A stretch of 64,000 nucleotides of DNA from the human T2T-CHM13v2.0 reference genome, Homo sapiens: assembly GCA_009914755.4 (NCBI GenBank), contig CP068257.2:29760001-29824000 (forward strand). Reading direction: 5' to 3'. The position numbers were made by a program, and so were the translations under genes. Each line of letters opens with the position of its first letter. Within the stretch, counting starts at the first letter, position 1. A model generated the notes under the pieces. It was not told the origin of the DNA. It was given only the letters and a program-made list of their open reading frames with translations, and did no database searches. Of the stretch, positions 1-17,093 are shown piece after piece.

Positions 1-282
<282 letters not shown>

Positions 283-289
283 GAAAATG

Positions 290-948
<659 letters not shown>

Positions 949-2366
949 TAAAAATTACCAAGCCTCAGGTATTGCTTTACAGCAATGAAAAACCGATTAA
1001 CACAGTACTTTGCCAGAATTATTAAAAATGAAAAACGAATGCAACAGGCTGTCCACTGACGTCCACTTCTGAGGCTGCTTTTGAGGCATTACTATTCCAT
1101 GAGCTCAACACCACCCTGTCCTCCCCAGCAGCATCCTCTGCCTCTGCACCCAGAACACGCCCAAGAGACATGGAGGCTCCCAGAGCTGAATGCAGTCACA
1201 TCGAGCCTTATAAAACCTGTGTGTGTCCAAACTGCTGGATTCCACATGAATGTCGGGAATCCTCTCCACCACCACTGAGAACCATGGCTAAAGTATATCT
1301 GAATTTTTTAAGAGAAGAATTTCAGTACCTCCTTGGACTTCAGTTGTTTGTGAGGACTGCTAAATAGCCATTTTCTAAAGCTGAGAGTGTCTGTTTGAAT
1401 GTGGAGTATCATAAAAAGTCACTTAAGGAGTGGTTTTAATGGAAACAGAACCAGCACTCAGAATGCCCTAAATCTTTCCTGTCTTTACCACTGACTGTTA
1501 TACTATATAATAACCATATGGCCTGCATTTCCAGGAGAGTTCCAATTTCATGTATCTTATTACATTAAATTAATAAATAGGCTTATACTGATTCTTAAAG
1601 ATTTTCTTTTTTTAATATTTTCCAAATGTTATACAATAAAGCACGTTTTTTCATAATCAGAAACAAATAAATTTCATTTATATATTATGTGAATATACAT
1701 TTATATTTATATTCTGTGCATACAAAAACCCGCATGTGAATGCTTATAGCAATTTTATTCATAATTGCTAAAACTAGGAAGCAGCCACAATGTCCTTCAG
1801 CAGGTGAAGGGATAAATAATCAATGGTATATCACACAAAGGAATATTATCCGGCACTGAGAAGAAATGAGCTAGCAAGCCACAGAAAAATATGGAAGAAC
1901 CTTGAAGACATATTACTAAGTGAAAGAAGCCCATCTGAAAAAGCTACACACTGTATGACTCCAACTACACGACATCCTGGAAAAGGTGAAGCTATAGAGA
2001 CAGTAACAAGAGCAGTGGCTGCCAGGAGATGGGGGAAAGGAGGGATGAACAGGCAGAGCACAAAAGATTTTTAGGGCAGTGAAACTAATTCTGTGGGATA
2101 CTATGTGGTGAACACACGTCATTATACATTGGTCCAAACGCACAGAAGGTACAACACTGAGAGTGAAGCCTGGTGTAAACTATGAACTCTGGGTGGTGAT
2201 GACAGTTGAATGTTGGTTTTCTGTTTGTAAGAAATGCACCAGTCTGGGGCAGGATGTTGGTGGTGGGAGAGGTGGGCCAGGAGTGAGAGAGGAAGGGGCG
2301 TACAGGAACTCTGCGCTTTCCACCCAATTTGGCTGGCAACCTAAAACTCCTCTAAAAATGAAAATC

Positions 2367-2381
2367 TACTCATTCTCTCTC

Positions 2382-2462
<81 letters not shown>
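2367..2462. repeat. Compound microsatellite (CT)n(CA)n
   Basis: Direct read: ctctctctct...cacacacacaca, about 95 bp. Confidence 0.95.
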
Positions 2463-2464
<2 letters not shown>

Positions 2465-2625
2465 CAGAGGAGCCAGGGCAAACACACAGGGCTCCTGTTT
2501 ATGGCCACTTGCCTGAAGCAGTGGGCAATCATTCCCTCCACCTCCTTGCCCACAGCCTTGGTTTCTTCTTCCTTCCATAGTATAAAGTGATTCTAGTTGC
2601 TACCCATGAGCTACAGGCATTATTA

Positions 2626-3040
<415 letters not shown>

Positions 3041-4204
3041 TCACTGCTTGCCTCCAGAGAGAAGCAGTCCACTGGGGACACGGTGCCGCTGCAGCCATGT
3101 GACAATAAGGATGGCTTTCACACCAGAGCAGCAGGGAAAATTGGACAAGAGGGGCCCTCGGAGACCGAGGTCATCTAAACACAGCCAATCACCAGATACG
3201 CCACAGAGGCGAAGAGAAGGGCCAACCCTGCATTTTCTGCCACAGGAGAATGTATTGTTCTCTCCAACTGAGAAAGCAGATTGCGTTACATTTCTCCACA
3301 TAAATGAACTTACACAGAGGGCATGGGGGTAGTAAAAGGTGCTGGACGAGAGAATAAATATTGACTAAAACATCTATCTTGGGGAGGGGGCGCATGCGTT
3401 CCCCTGGCTGTCGCGTGAAAATTTTTGCTTTATAAATTGGGGAGGTTATTAAAAGGACGTGAGATGCATGGAATTAATGAACAACTATCTGTGAAAATCT
3501 ATCCTAATTAGGAAACAACATGTACATGCCTGAAACAGCAGGCCAGTAGGGAGGGCCTGAACAGAAAGAAAACAAGGAGCGAAAACAAAATAAGGCTGTC
3601 TAGCAAATGAGGGCATCATTCTTCCTCTAGATTTAAAATTCAACAGGAACATGGCTTTTTTCCTCCGTAATGGCTGTGAAATTGATTGGGATATAGGCTA
3701 ACAGAGGTCCCCAGAGTGCTAAACTAAATTAGAGGAAGTCTTATAATTACAGCTAGCAGTTAATTATTATATGATGGGAATTGTAATCAAAGTAACAGAT
3801 ACACTATTATTTTCCATCTTCTCTGCAAAACACATCTAACAAAGTCTCTTAAGAGGAGTAGAGGGGCTTGTTTGTGGTTCAACTTATGCCGATTCCTACT
3901 GCCCAAAATCCAAACAAGAACCTCGCTCCTGCAGGTGACTTGGGCTGTGACCTCGGCGCCTGCCCCATTCCTGCCTTTCCCACGCATGCCTCCTGCCAAT
4001 CTTCAATACATTCGCGGGTCCCTCTGCCTGGAATGCTCTTTCTCTAGATTTCCACGGGGTCTCTCCCTCCACGCAGACCTCAGGATCACACCTCCTGGGA
4101 GAAGTATCCACTGACCACCCTGTCTAAAATAGATACCTATCACCCCCTCCATGTTTATTCTCCTACCTGCCCCACTGTAGCTCCCGAAACACTGTCTGGC
4201 TCTG

Positions 4205-4652
<448 letters not shown>

Positions 4653-6582
4653 AATAATATTTTATGCCCTTCCACTTTTCTAATAGTGGAAAGAAACCAA
4701 AGCAAAGGGATCCTTCGATCGCTGTGATATGATTGTATTTAAGCGAACAACATTCTAGCAAGACCTATATTCAGACCAGCCTGGAAGTGATAAAGTCTGT
4801 GTTCAACTTAGCAGCAGATCTTTAGATGTAACATCAAAGAGGTAATGAAAGGGAATTAGGATTTTTTAGGTATCTTTTATATTCTAAGCACTATGTTTGG
4901 CTCTGAAGAGATATGATCTCTTAACAAAGAACTATCATGCCCGTTTGTAAGTGTCATTTTATAAACAGCAAAAAACTGAGGCAGAGAAGTTGTTCAAAGT
5001 CACATATACAGCAAGTGCCAAATTCCTATACAGATCTTTTTGCATCCAAAAGCTCTAAGGGTCCATGTTTCAAACCGCTTCCTTCCTCTTTTCCTTTCTC
5101 TCCTCTTTTCCTCCCATTTTAATTCCTTTGAAAAAAATTCAGAAGTAGAAACCAATATACAAAAATCTTGATACCTGCCACCCAAAATGAACATTTCTAA
5201 TTTAAATCATGAAAATCACATTGACCAAATCAGCTCCTGGTTTAAGTTGCCCAATATCCCCGCGCCAGAAATGAGATAACAGGACAAAGAGCTGGTGAAA
5301 CCTCATTCAAATTACAATTTATGGCCATCCTTCCTGGCTTGGTGCCAACACGTTATGATCCAAATCTGTTAGGGGGAGTCTTCCCAGTCAAAGGCAGCTC
5401 TGTGTAAAACAAACCTCTCTATACAGAAAGAAACGCTTTCATTCCATTCCAGAAGTCAGAATGTGAAGATGCTGGGCTGCTTTCTGCCAGGGCAAAACGA
5501 AAGACATGGAAAACAGGGAAATGAGAAGGGACAGAGGCAACAGGTCTCACACTAACCATTTACAGATAACAAAGGAACTTCAGAATTCTTCCCTGCTACC
5601 TTGTAGAATGGATGAACCATGGAATACCTGATAAACTTCTAAGCAAGCTTCAGCCTGCCCCTGTGCAGATCTGCACAGACTCCAAGTACCTCCCACTGCC
5701 ATGGGATGTACATGGACCAATGTGTTGGCTTCCCTTTGACCTCCCCCCTACAACCTCCCCCAACCTCCCCTCTGCACCAGCAGAATGGGACCCAGGGGCA
5801 CAGGAAGTGCCTAATCTCTGCAAGCAAATGTCAATCTTCAGGGCAAAAAAAAAAAAAAAAAAAAAAGCTTTGTTCTTTAGAACCAGAGTTGAAACTAGGT
5901 TGAAATGACCACATCAATTCACTAACTTGAATTCACAAAGGAAGCACCTGTTTTCAGAAAGGCGTGTAAAATTGTAAAACAATCTTACTTTTTATGCCAT
6001 CCTTCTGAATGAAGAACTGTGGATAAGCTGGGCCTGGGGGAGACCTGGTCAGTTTTCCCACACAGTGGTAATGGTTTGTGTTACTGAAGAAAATGTCAAA
6101 AATTTTTTCTTAAATAAACCACCACATAATTTTACTCCACTAAAAATGAGAAATAACATAGCCATGGGAAGTAGCCCACATCTTTTGTATTCTCCATCAC
6201 ACTTCAAATATCTAAACACCTGACCAAGCACATAAAGAAATGGTGGATGTGCTATCACTGCAAAATTCCAACTGTAGGCAGAAGTTTGCCATCCTCATAG
6301 CACAGTACACAGTTCCCAGACAGGAAAATTCTTTGTGCTCCCTCAGTAAAGGAGAAAAATTATGACCAATTACAATAACAAGGGCATTAGCCACTTTGAT
6401 AAATATCTAAGCAGGCTTCCGTCTGTGCCTGGGCAGATATGGAGAACGATTTAGTGTGATATGAGAATACAGAGTTGATCACTTATCTTGTGAAACTGAA
6501 GAAGAAAGAGAAATGTAAACGTCAGCATCTCTTATCACCCAGGCTCTGACTCTTCTCAAACTATTAAAAATAGCCTTTGGGA

Positions 6583-6745
6583 TGGGCCCGGTGGCTCACG
6601 CCTATAATCCCAGCACTTTGGGAGGCTGAGGCTGGCAGCTCACCTGAGGCCAGGAGTTCGAGACCAGCTTAGCCAACATGGAGAAACCCCATCTCCACTA
6701 AAAACATAAAATAAATAGATAAATAAAATAAAATAAAAATAGCCT
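6583..6745 (+). mobile_element. Partial Alu (left-monomer, FLAM-like) with (AAAT)-rich tail
   Basis: gggcccggtggctcacgcctataatcccagcactttgggaggctgagg...gagaaaccccatctccactaaaaacataaaataaatagataaataaaat. Confidence 0.7.
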
Positions 6746-7805
6746 TTGCCAGAAACTAAAAAGAAACAGCAAAGCCAAAATTAATTCCACAAGGCGGAAT
6801 TGGTTGCTTTACTCATTTATACTATGTATAATAAAGAGTAATAAATTTCTATTATTATAAATCTTACTTTGACATTTTAGATATAACATCAATGCCCCCT
6901 GAGATATACTAAAATTTGTCTATAAAGCAAGGAAATTATTTTTTTTTAATATTGGCTTGGATAAGTTCTCTCTTTAAAATTTATATGAGAATATCCTTAA
7001 ATACTTCGTGCCATTTCAAACCGATTTTGATTTAAGATATATTACAATCTATTAAAGTTTTAAAAATAATAAATTAACGTTTAGGTCAACTAAATTAAAT
7101 AATTATATACAATACATTATTGCTTTAAATCCCAAGGCAAAGAAAGGAAATTGCTTCTTCAGGCTGACAGAATGAATTGTATGCATCCACTGTGGGGGGA
7201 AATACCTTCTTCATCTAAAAGAGCTTGCCCCAAAAGTTTCTATTGCTCACAGCAAAGGTTGCAAAATGTGAACATTTCTAAAATGGAGGATTTTGTGTCT
7301 TGAGATATATGTTATAGCCCAAGAGATGAGTAAACCATAGCTGTTACAAAGAGGTGTTATCTGAAATTTTCCAAGCTTAAATTCAATATGACATTTAGCA
7401 TTATTAAAACCCATTAAGATTTTTGACTTTGAGTTGATACAAGCGAAATGAGTGGCCCCCTGCACAAATAGACATGCCTTTCCCTGGATCATCAAAGCCA
7501 ATATACCAGCTCATAAATGTCTCTCACAAGTTTTCTTTATTCCCCTAACTCAAATAAAGCTAACTTCATGGTTGCCTTGGAAAACAGACCTTTTTCAGAG
7601 AATGTTGACACTTTCATTGATTTCTAAGGGCTCCTGATAGCGTATGGGCACACACATACACTCACTCACACATATAAGTCAGAGAAGCCTGACTGTCAGC
7701 TGTATATGATCCTATCTACCAAAAAAAACAAACAAAAAAACAAAAGCTAAACCAGAATTTTAAAGAATTGGAAGGAAATATAAGGGGAAATATAAGGACA
7801 ACACT

Positions 7806-8116
7806 CTTTTTTTTTTTCCTTTTCTTTTTTTGAGACGGAGTCTAGCTCTGCCACCCAGGCTAGAGTGCAGTGGCGTGATCTTGGCTCACTGCAACCTCCA
7901 CCCCCTGGGTTCAAGCAATTCTCCTACCTCAGCTCCCGAGTAGCTGGGACTACAGGCACCCACCACCACACCCGGCAAATTATTTTTGTATTTTTAGTAG
8001 AGACAGGATTTCACCATGTTAGCCAAGCTGGTCTCAAACTCCTGACCTCAGGTGATCTGCCCACCTCAGCCTCTCAAAGTGCTGGGATTGCAGGCATGAG
8101 CCACCGCACCCGGCCA
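7806..8116 (-). mobile_element. Alu SINE (minus)
   Basis: T-rich head, then gagacggagtctagctctgccacccaggctagagtgcagtgg ... agccaccgcacccggcc. Confidence 0.9.
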
Positions 8117-8496
8117 GACACCACACTTTCTGATTTATAAATTAGAGCAGTGGCAGCACATGCTGAAATATACACTCCAGGAGAGCAAGATCTTTGTGGA
8201 TTTTCTGCACTCCTATATCCCAACTGCCTAGTAAAGTGCCTTTGAATGGATTTTAGCTCATGGAATCCTCTCAACGACATGATGAGACAGGTACTATTCC
8301 TACCCCATTTTACAGATAAGGAACTGAAATTCAAAGAACTTCGTTACCAAAGTGACACAGCTGGTTAGTGGGGCATAGAAGCCTTTAGGTCTTGCCCAGT
8401 CCTCTTCTCTGTCTTTACCATTTGGTTACTGTATTCCTGTCATCCAGTGACTTCAACACACATCAGAAGTCCTTGACTATTAAAGTGGAATCCCGG

Positions 8497-8792
8497 CCGG
8501 GCACAGTGGCTCATGCCTGTAATCCCAGCACTTTGGGAGGCCGAGGTGGGTGGATCACCTGAGGTCGGCAGTTCGAGACCAGCCTGACCAACATGGAGAA
8601 ACCCCGGCTCTACTAAAAATACAAAAATTAGCTGGGCATGGTGGCAGGCTCCTGTAATCCCAGCTACTCAGGAGGCTGGGCAACAAGAGCAAAACTACTC
8701 TTGCCTGGGCTACTCCAGCCTGGGCAACAAGAGCAAACTTCATCTCAAAATAAATAAATAAATGAATAAATAAATAAATAAAGTGGAATCAC
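8497..8792 (+). mobile_element. Alu SINE with rearranged 3' part and (AAAT)n tail
   Basis: ggccgggcacagtggctcatgcctgtaatcccagcactttgggaggccgagg... ; the tail is aaataaataaatgaataaataaataaat. Confidence 0.85.
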
Positions 8793-9337
8793 TGCAGGGT
8801 GAGTCTGCATTTTTTAAGTCGAAGTTAGGAACTCAAAAAGTAAACAAGTGCATATGAAAAGATGAATTCATATGCACTAAGTTAATTCAAAAGCATGAAT
8901 GAAAGTATTTTTTAAACTAAATATTCATTGGTGATGTCATGTATCCAATGACCTCTGCCCCTAGTCAGTGTTAGTAACCAGCTCTTCATCAGCTACAGAT
9001 AGACTCCAGCACTTCTGTACCTCTTCCTCATTCTACTGTCTAGACCTGAAATTTTAACTGGGAAAAGCTGGAAGCTAACACTAGGCAAGAAAAAATGGGC
9101 CCTGCCCTCCTATTGTAGCCTAGAGCCGAATATAAACAATGGTAAACTGTTCCTCTATTGGGATATGGCAGCCATGTCAATCATTGCTTCCCAACAATCC
9201 CACCTTTTGGAGAGCCTGCCTGGGCAAGTCTGAGACCACCCATCATACATACACCCTTGCATCCCAGCAGAAGCTAAGTGAATACATGACTCAGTATTGG
9301 CCAAACAGACTCTCACTTAAAAATTTGGAATTAAGAT

Positions 9338-9616
9338 TGGGCTCATGCCTGTAATCCCAGCACTTTGAAAGGCTGAGGCTAAAGGATCGCTTGAGCCCAG
9401 GAGTTCGAGACCAGCGAGACCCCATCTCTACAAAAAATATAAAAATTAGCTGGTCATGGTGGTATGCACGCCTGGAACCCTAGCTACTCAGGGGGCTGAG
9501 GCAAGAGGATTGCTTGAACCCAGAAGTTCGAGGTTGCAGTTAGCTAGAACCGCACTACTGCCCTCCAGCCTGGGAAACAAGGCAAGACTCTATCTCTTAA
9601 AAAAAAAAAAAAATTG
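9338..9616 (+). mobile_element. Alu SINE (slightly 5' truncated)
   Basis: gggctcatgcctgtaatcccagcactttgaaaggctgaggc ... ctctatctcttaaaaaaaaaaaaaa. Confidence 0.85.
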
Positions 9617-9618
9617 GA

Positions 9619-10041
<423 letters not shown>

Positions 10042-10350
10042 TCAGAGACCAACCAAGAAAGTCAGTCTGCAAGTAGGAACAAGAAAATGGCAAAACCTTG
10101 CAGAGAAAAGCAAAAATTGACACTATGGGGGCCTCTGAGAGATGCAGGACCAACGTCTCTTCCTGATTTTCCTGCTTTACAAGGCCCGCACAACCCTGGC
10201 CGTCCACGACATTTCCCATATCCCTTCAGTAACACCATTTTTGCATGAGTTCACTTGAGAGAGCTTCTTCACATTTCATCATAACCAAAAGATCCCAAGA
10301 ACATAGTATTTCCCCCCTCAGTTTCTCCCCGTTAGAAAAACTGACTAAAG

Positions 10351-10723
<373 letters not shown>

Positions 10724-10839
10724 TCATAATCACAGACCACTGCCAACATCCCTGAAATGCCGAATCCCAAAAGGCAGCATGACTCAGAAGAATTTGAATT
10801 ATCCCAAGGTTAACAGTTAAGTATAAAGATGATATACTT

Positions 10840-11134
10840 TTTTATTTTTTTAAGACAGAGTCTTGCTCTGTCATCCAGGCTGGAGTGCAGTGGCACAGTC
10901 TTGGCTCACTGCAACCTCCGCCTCTCCGGTTCAAGTGATTCTCCTGCCTCAGACTCCTAAGTAGCTGGGACTACAGACGCGTGCCACCACACCCGGCTAA
11001 TTTTTTGTATTTTTAGTAGAGACGGGGTTTCACCATGTTAGCCAGGATGGTCTCGATCTCTTGACCTCGTGATCCGCCCGCCTAGGCCTCCCAAAGTGCT
11101 GGGATTACAGGCGTGAGCCACTGCTCCCGGCCGA
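10840..11134 (-). mobile_element. Alu SINE (minus). It lies about 200 bp from the preceding plus-strand Alu, forming an inverted pair.
   Basis: ttttttatttttttaagacagagtcttgctctgtcatccaggctggagtgcagtggc ... gagccactgctcccggcc. Confidence 0.9.
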
Positions 11135-12225
11135 TGACATACTTTTTTAAGAAAAAATTCCATAGTACAGAGAAAACAAAAACAACTCCCCGCTGCTTTT
11201 TTTGAAGAAAATCTACCAAGCTCTCAGGCTGTTTTTCAGCTATTCAGGTAGCGCTACAGAACAAGGCCAGTCTGACTCATGATAGCTCAAAATTATAAAA
11301 TAATCTACCATGGATTCAGCCTTACTGGTTTCAAATACACATAACATACAAACAGATGCCCAGATAAATACATAAAGAAGTGAAGCTAGAATAAGGAATA
11401 GTCTAAAAATTGCTGGGGGCTGGAGAATAGAGAGATCCCTTCTGCTTGATGCATCTTGCTTGATACTGGAAGAAAGAACGAGGAGAAAAGTCAAAAAATG
11501 AATTAGACAGTCCCTGCCCTCAAAGACTTCCTAGTCTAGCTGAGAAGACAGTCACCCTCACAAATAGCTCAAATCCAGGGCAGATAGTGACAGAGGCTAA
11601 TTGGAAGTCTCAGCAAAGCGTGATGGGATCACGGAGGCAGGAGCAATTAATCACAGGCAAGCCAAGCAGGCGACACTTAGCCGCAACTCACACAGGGCTG
11701 TCATTGTAAAAGGAAATCCACTCTAACAGTTATCATGAAATTGCATCCATGATCTTTGAGTCTTATCAGTCCATACCTTTTATCTGATTAATCGAAATCC
11801 CACCCTTTTCCAGGAAAAACAACATTTGTTTATCATTCCCTCCAAGAGCTCTTAAGATGACACAATGACCTTGAATTATCCTTTTATCTTTAGAAAATAT
11901 CCTCCCTCTGAAAAGGCAACAAAAAAGTGAAGATAATAACCCCAAGGAGTTCAAGACCATAAATGAAAATAACCAAATTGCTTGGTCTCTATCCCATAAC
12001 TGAGCTGCTGGACTTCACAGTCCACTCAACTGTTTGCCGTGTTAAAAATACTTAAGCAAACAGAGCTATGCTAAAAAGCCATGTGTCTATACAACATTTA
12101 TTACAGTCTTAGACAGAGGTTCTGTCCCTCATCAAAAAACACTGGTCAAATCCTACACTAAGTCCTATTTTAAAGAGGAAAAAAAAAAGTGTATGCCAAG
12201 CTAATGAAATTCCAGTATGGTCTTT

Positions 12226-12350
12226 TTTTTTTTTTTTAAGAGATGGGTCTCTTTATATTGCCCAGTCTGGTCTGGAATTCCTAACTCAAGTGGTCCTCCT
12301 ACCTCAGCCTCCTGAGTAGCTGGGATTACAGACTTGAGCTACCACTTCCA
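12226..12350 (-). mobile_element. Partial Alu (right-arm fragment, minus)
   Basis: T15 aagagatgggtctctttatattgcccagtctggtctggaattcctaactcaagtggtcctcctacctcagcctcctgagtagctgggattacag. Confidence 0.6.
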
Positions 12351-12647
12351 CCTATTTATTGTCTGCAATTCTGTGACTTGCATTGTGCCAATTTCAATTT
12401 CCTGGTTTTGATAATGCAGTATAGCTAAGTAAGATGTCACCACTGGGGAAAGCTGGGTGGTGGGTACCCAGGACCTCTCTATTATCTTTCAACTTCTTGT
12501 AAGTAAGTCCACAATTATTTAAAAATAAAGTTTAAAAAAACACTCATGACATTTATCATTTTGCAGAGCTCTACCAATATCCAACAGCTCCCTGTTCCTC
12601 CTAGATCCTAATATTTTGATATTGGCCCTTAAAACTTGCAGATACAG

Positions 12648-12958
12648 GCCAGGCATAGTGGGCATGCCTGTAATCTCAGCACTTTGGGAGGCCGAGGCAG
12701 GAGGAATGCTTGAGCCCAGGAGTTTGAGACCAACCTGGGCGAGAGAGTGAGACCCCCTCATCTCTACACAGAAATAAAAAAATTAGCCAGATATGGTGGT
12801 GCACAAACTGTGGTCCCAAGTACTCGGAAGGCTAAAGGCAGGAGGATCACTTGATCCTAGGAGGTCAAGGTTACAGTGAGCCATGATCATGCCACTGCAC
12901 TCCAACCTGGGTGACAGGGCAAGACCGTGTCTCAAAAATAAATAAATGAATAAATCAC
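12648..12958 (+). mobile_element. Alu SINE
   Basis: ggccaggcatagtgggcatgcctgtaatctcagcactttgggaggccgaggcagg ... gtgtctcaaaaataaataaatgaataaatc. Confidence 0.85.
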
Positions 12959-13149
12959 AATAACAAAAAACTTGCAGGTACAATTCAGCAAACACATGAC
13001 CCTGCTCCTGGGAGGGGCAGCCAGAAAGGGCATTTCCAGCACAGTTCACTCTCTTCAAGAGTCCAAGAAAGTCAATGTCCTCAGCCTATCCCCACCCTGG
13101 ACCGGTTCCTTTGCTTTGCTCTGCCACTAATCCCCCTTCCCGAGCCCAC

Positions 13150-13535
13150 TTCCCCTGTATTAGTCCACTTTCACACTGCTGATAAAGACATAACTGAGAC
13201 TGGGCAATGTACAAAAGAAAGGTTTATTGGACTTAACAGTTCCACATGGCTGGGGAGGCCTCACAATCATGGTGGAAGACAAGGAGGAGCAAGTCACATC
13301 TTTCATAGATTGCAGCAGGCAAAAAAAAGAGCTTGTGCAGAGAAAGTCCCATTTTTAAAACCATCAGATCTCATGAGACCCATTCACTATCACAAGAACA
13401 GCACGGGAAAGCCCCGCCCCCATGATTTAATCATCTCCCACTGGGTCCCTCCCACAACACATGGGAATTATGGGAGCCATAAGATGAGATTTGGGTAGGT
13501 GACACAGAGCCAAACCATATCACCTCCCAACACAC
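13150..13535 (+). mobile_element. L1 3'-UTR-type repeat (ctgctgataaagacata...ccacatggctggggaggcctcacaatcatgg...gggaattatgggagc...cacagagccaaaccatatca)
   Basis: Highly stereotyped multi-copy sequence. Related copies occur at about 24.94-25.64 kb and 58.58-58.95 kb. Recognised as an older primate L1 3'-end segment; the exact subfamily cannot be assigned. Confidence 0.55.
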
Positions 13536-15216
13536 ACAACACAGATGGGAGACATTTAAAAGTGATATTAAGAAAAGCAAAACCAAGTCAGAGTCTCCAA
13601 CCACAAAACTCACCTCCACCTTCCTAAGCCTTAACTCTAATAAACCTCAACCATATTTGCTTTAAAAGTATAAAAGACTGGGCTCCTATGGAATTCAAAA
13701 CACAAGACATACTCAAAGAGATTGCCGTCATCCTAAATTCTTCTCAAAGATACACAAACGTGCAAGCCCTGCTGGTGATCACTGGCTTAGCAGTGATTAA
13801 TATGGCTCAACACCCACCCCCACCCCACTCAACACAAATTGAGTCCCATGGCTTAAATGTTATCTTAAAAAAAAAAAAAAAATCACTCCTAACATTGTCA
13901 CTCTTGAGCAGGTTCCCAAGATAAAATCCAGACATCATTATAATTTATTAAACTTTTGAGAACTTTAATACTAGGCCTATAGAGCAATGATTAAGAGAAG
14001 GAATTTGATGCTAAAGAGGTCAAATCCCTTTAGCTGGATGCATATAGAACCCACCCTTTAAGACCTGAATAATCTTAAGCAAGTTACTTAAACTTTCTCT
14101 ATAAAATGGAGAGGATGATAGGATTAGTTAGAATCCTGCTTCATTATAATTCTCGGGAAGATTAAATAATTAATACAAAAAAGCTTTAGAACAGGGCCTG
14201 CCCTACAGCAAGCATGTGTTGTCTATTATTATTACTAATGCAATAAACTTTCATCAAGCACCTGGGTCCCAAACTCTACGAATGCAAGATAAAAGAAGGC
14301 ACAGCCATGATTCTGGAAGAATCTGCATGTTACTAAATATTCAGACAGAGAAAAGTCAGACCATGCTGGTGCCACCAGCCCATCAGAGCTCTCAGCCCTG
14401 TAGGTAGAACTTACGAGTCACAAATAAAACTCCAACAAAGCAGACATGAAATGTCAGTGGTATGTGTCACTCTACCCCTCCTCATTCAATTTTCACCTTA
14501 AAAAAAATCAACAAACTCCCAAATACACTGCCCTGTTTCACACAAAGTTTGTGCCATTAGATGAGTTTTTTAAGTTCTGCAGATCACTCTATTAAAACAC
14601 CAGACATACCAATAACACTGCAACTACTGGCCAAAACCATTCTCCTCCCTTCTTGTCCTTCTTTCCCAGGACACTTTTAAGGTCATACACCAATGACATC
14701 CCCAACATTCCCATGAGCAAGGGAAGGATTCCCGGGAAAGTGACAGCTCTCACTAGGAGGCAGAGCTCCGTGCCATATTGATGAGGTTCTCTCGAAACAT
14801 CTCAAAAGCAGGGATCCTTGTGGTTTCTGAAGTGTTGCCAATCACACAAAGAAAGCCTAATGCATGGTTTTCAAGTCAGTTTTATAAAACGATTCCAAAC
14901 CTCTAAGTGTGTGAAGCCAAAATTGTAAACGCTGCTAAAATCCCTGGAGTTGTTTAATATTGTTTATTACGATTCCTCTTGGCACCTCCAAAGTCTCTCA
15001 TCCTGGGCTCATGGAGCATTTTATTAATTTACACACCATCAGTGGAGTTCACAGATGGTGGGACCGAAACACGAAGAAGCGGCTCAAGCACCTCGGCAAA
15101 GATCCCAACAACTTGTAAATAAACATAGCTCTAAAAGACCCAGAAGTCTCAACCTCCTCTCCCAAGCACTACTGCTACCACTGGTGCTGAGGTGAGCCAC
15201 TGTATACCCTGGTTAA

Positions 15217-15626
<410 letters not shown>

Positions 15627-16799
15627 AAATCAATCCTTTTAAGGATATTTAAGGAATCAGTGAATGGCTGACCTGTCCAATGTGCCCACAGAAGGAAGTA
15701 AGAGCTCTTTGGAAATTTGCATGCTTGCAATTGAAAAGGCTCCTTGAAATTTTGCTGTATCTCACATTGCAGAAAACAAATCCAAACTTAGGGCAAAGAC
15801 ATCAGTTCTGTTAAAAACCTAGGATTTACTTCTACATTATTCAGGGTATTCTTGAAGCACCTGGTTATACTGTTTACTATGTGTCTGTCTATCCTTCTTT
15901 TGTTTATATTTTAGTTATTTTTACATTTGTGGCCAAAATCTTACACTTGTAAAGAAAAGAGAAAGACAAAGAGAAGAAATGAGAGTCTGTCAACTGAAAA
16001 TTTAGGTCACTGACATCAAGTGGTCATCCTGATATCAAGGGGACAAGCCAGGATGGTGAAAGATGGGAACCACTCAGGCCCTTGAATTCTCTTCTTTTAT
16101 AAAGAAAAGTTCAAATTACGGACTCTCTTTCCCGAGTCAGCTAAAAGGATTCAAAATTACAAAGAGCCAAAACTCCAGTTTTGAAACACTCTTCCTGTTT
16201 ATAGTGAATAAATTCCCCAAATGCAGAGGAATTAGATTTTAATGAAAGTCTCCACTATCATGCTATTGCTCAATAACATTTTGGCTAAACTGGCTTAACC
16301 CTTCCCACAACTTAGAAAATTCTGACACTCTCATCAACGTGAATGGGGAGCAAATTCCTATTCTTAATATCTAATCACTTTTATTTTTCATCTTCTCCCC
16401 ATGTCTTAGATTAGTTCTATTTTGAGGACACTGATGAGCTCTGTTTACTGTTCTCACACGAAGACAATGGTTCTCTAAGTATGGTCCCCACAAGAGCGTC
16501 AGCATCACTCAGGAACTGTTAGACATGCACATTTTCGGGCCTGACCTGAGACCTAATAAATCGGAAACCTAGAAGTGGGGCAATCTATGGTTTACAAAGC
16601 TTCCAGGTGGCTGTGATGCAACACACTTTGAGTGCCACCGCTCTCAGCCACCGAAACACCATCACCTGTGTCACCCACATGCCCCCCCCTCCAGGCTTCA
16701 TCAGTGCGGTGGGTCCTAAGAATGTCTCTGTAAACACATTGCTCCCACACTCATGCTCCTCACTCCCCTAAATGGCAGCAACTCAGACCTTCTCCTTTT

Positions 16800-17093
16800 C
16801 TTTTTTTTTTTTGAGACGAAGTCTCGCACTGTCACCCAGGCTGGAGTGCAATGGTGCCATCTCAGCTCACTGCAACCACCACCTCCTGGGTTCAAGGATT
16901 CTCCTGCCTCAGCCTCTCCAGTAGCTGGAATTACAGGCATCCGCCACCACACCCAGCTAATTTTTGTATTTTTAGTAGAGACGGGGTTTCACTATGTTGG
17001 CCAGGCTGGTCTTGAACTCCTGACCTCGTGATCCACCCGCCTCGGCCTCCCAAAGTGTCGGGATTACAGGCGTGAGCCACCACACCCAGCCAG
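16800..17093 (-). mobile_element. Alu SINE (minus) with a roughly 15 bp TSD
   Basis: The flanks cagaccttctcctttt (16785-16800) and cagaccttctcctttct (17092-17108) are near-identical direct repeats. Confidence 0.9.
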
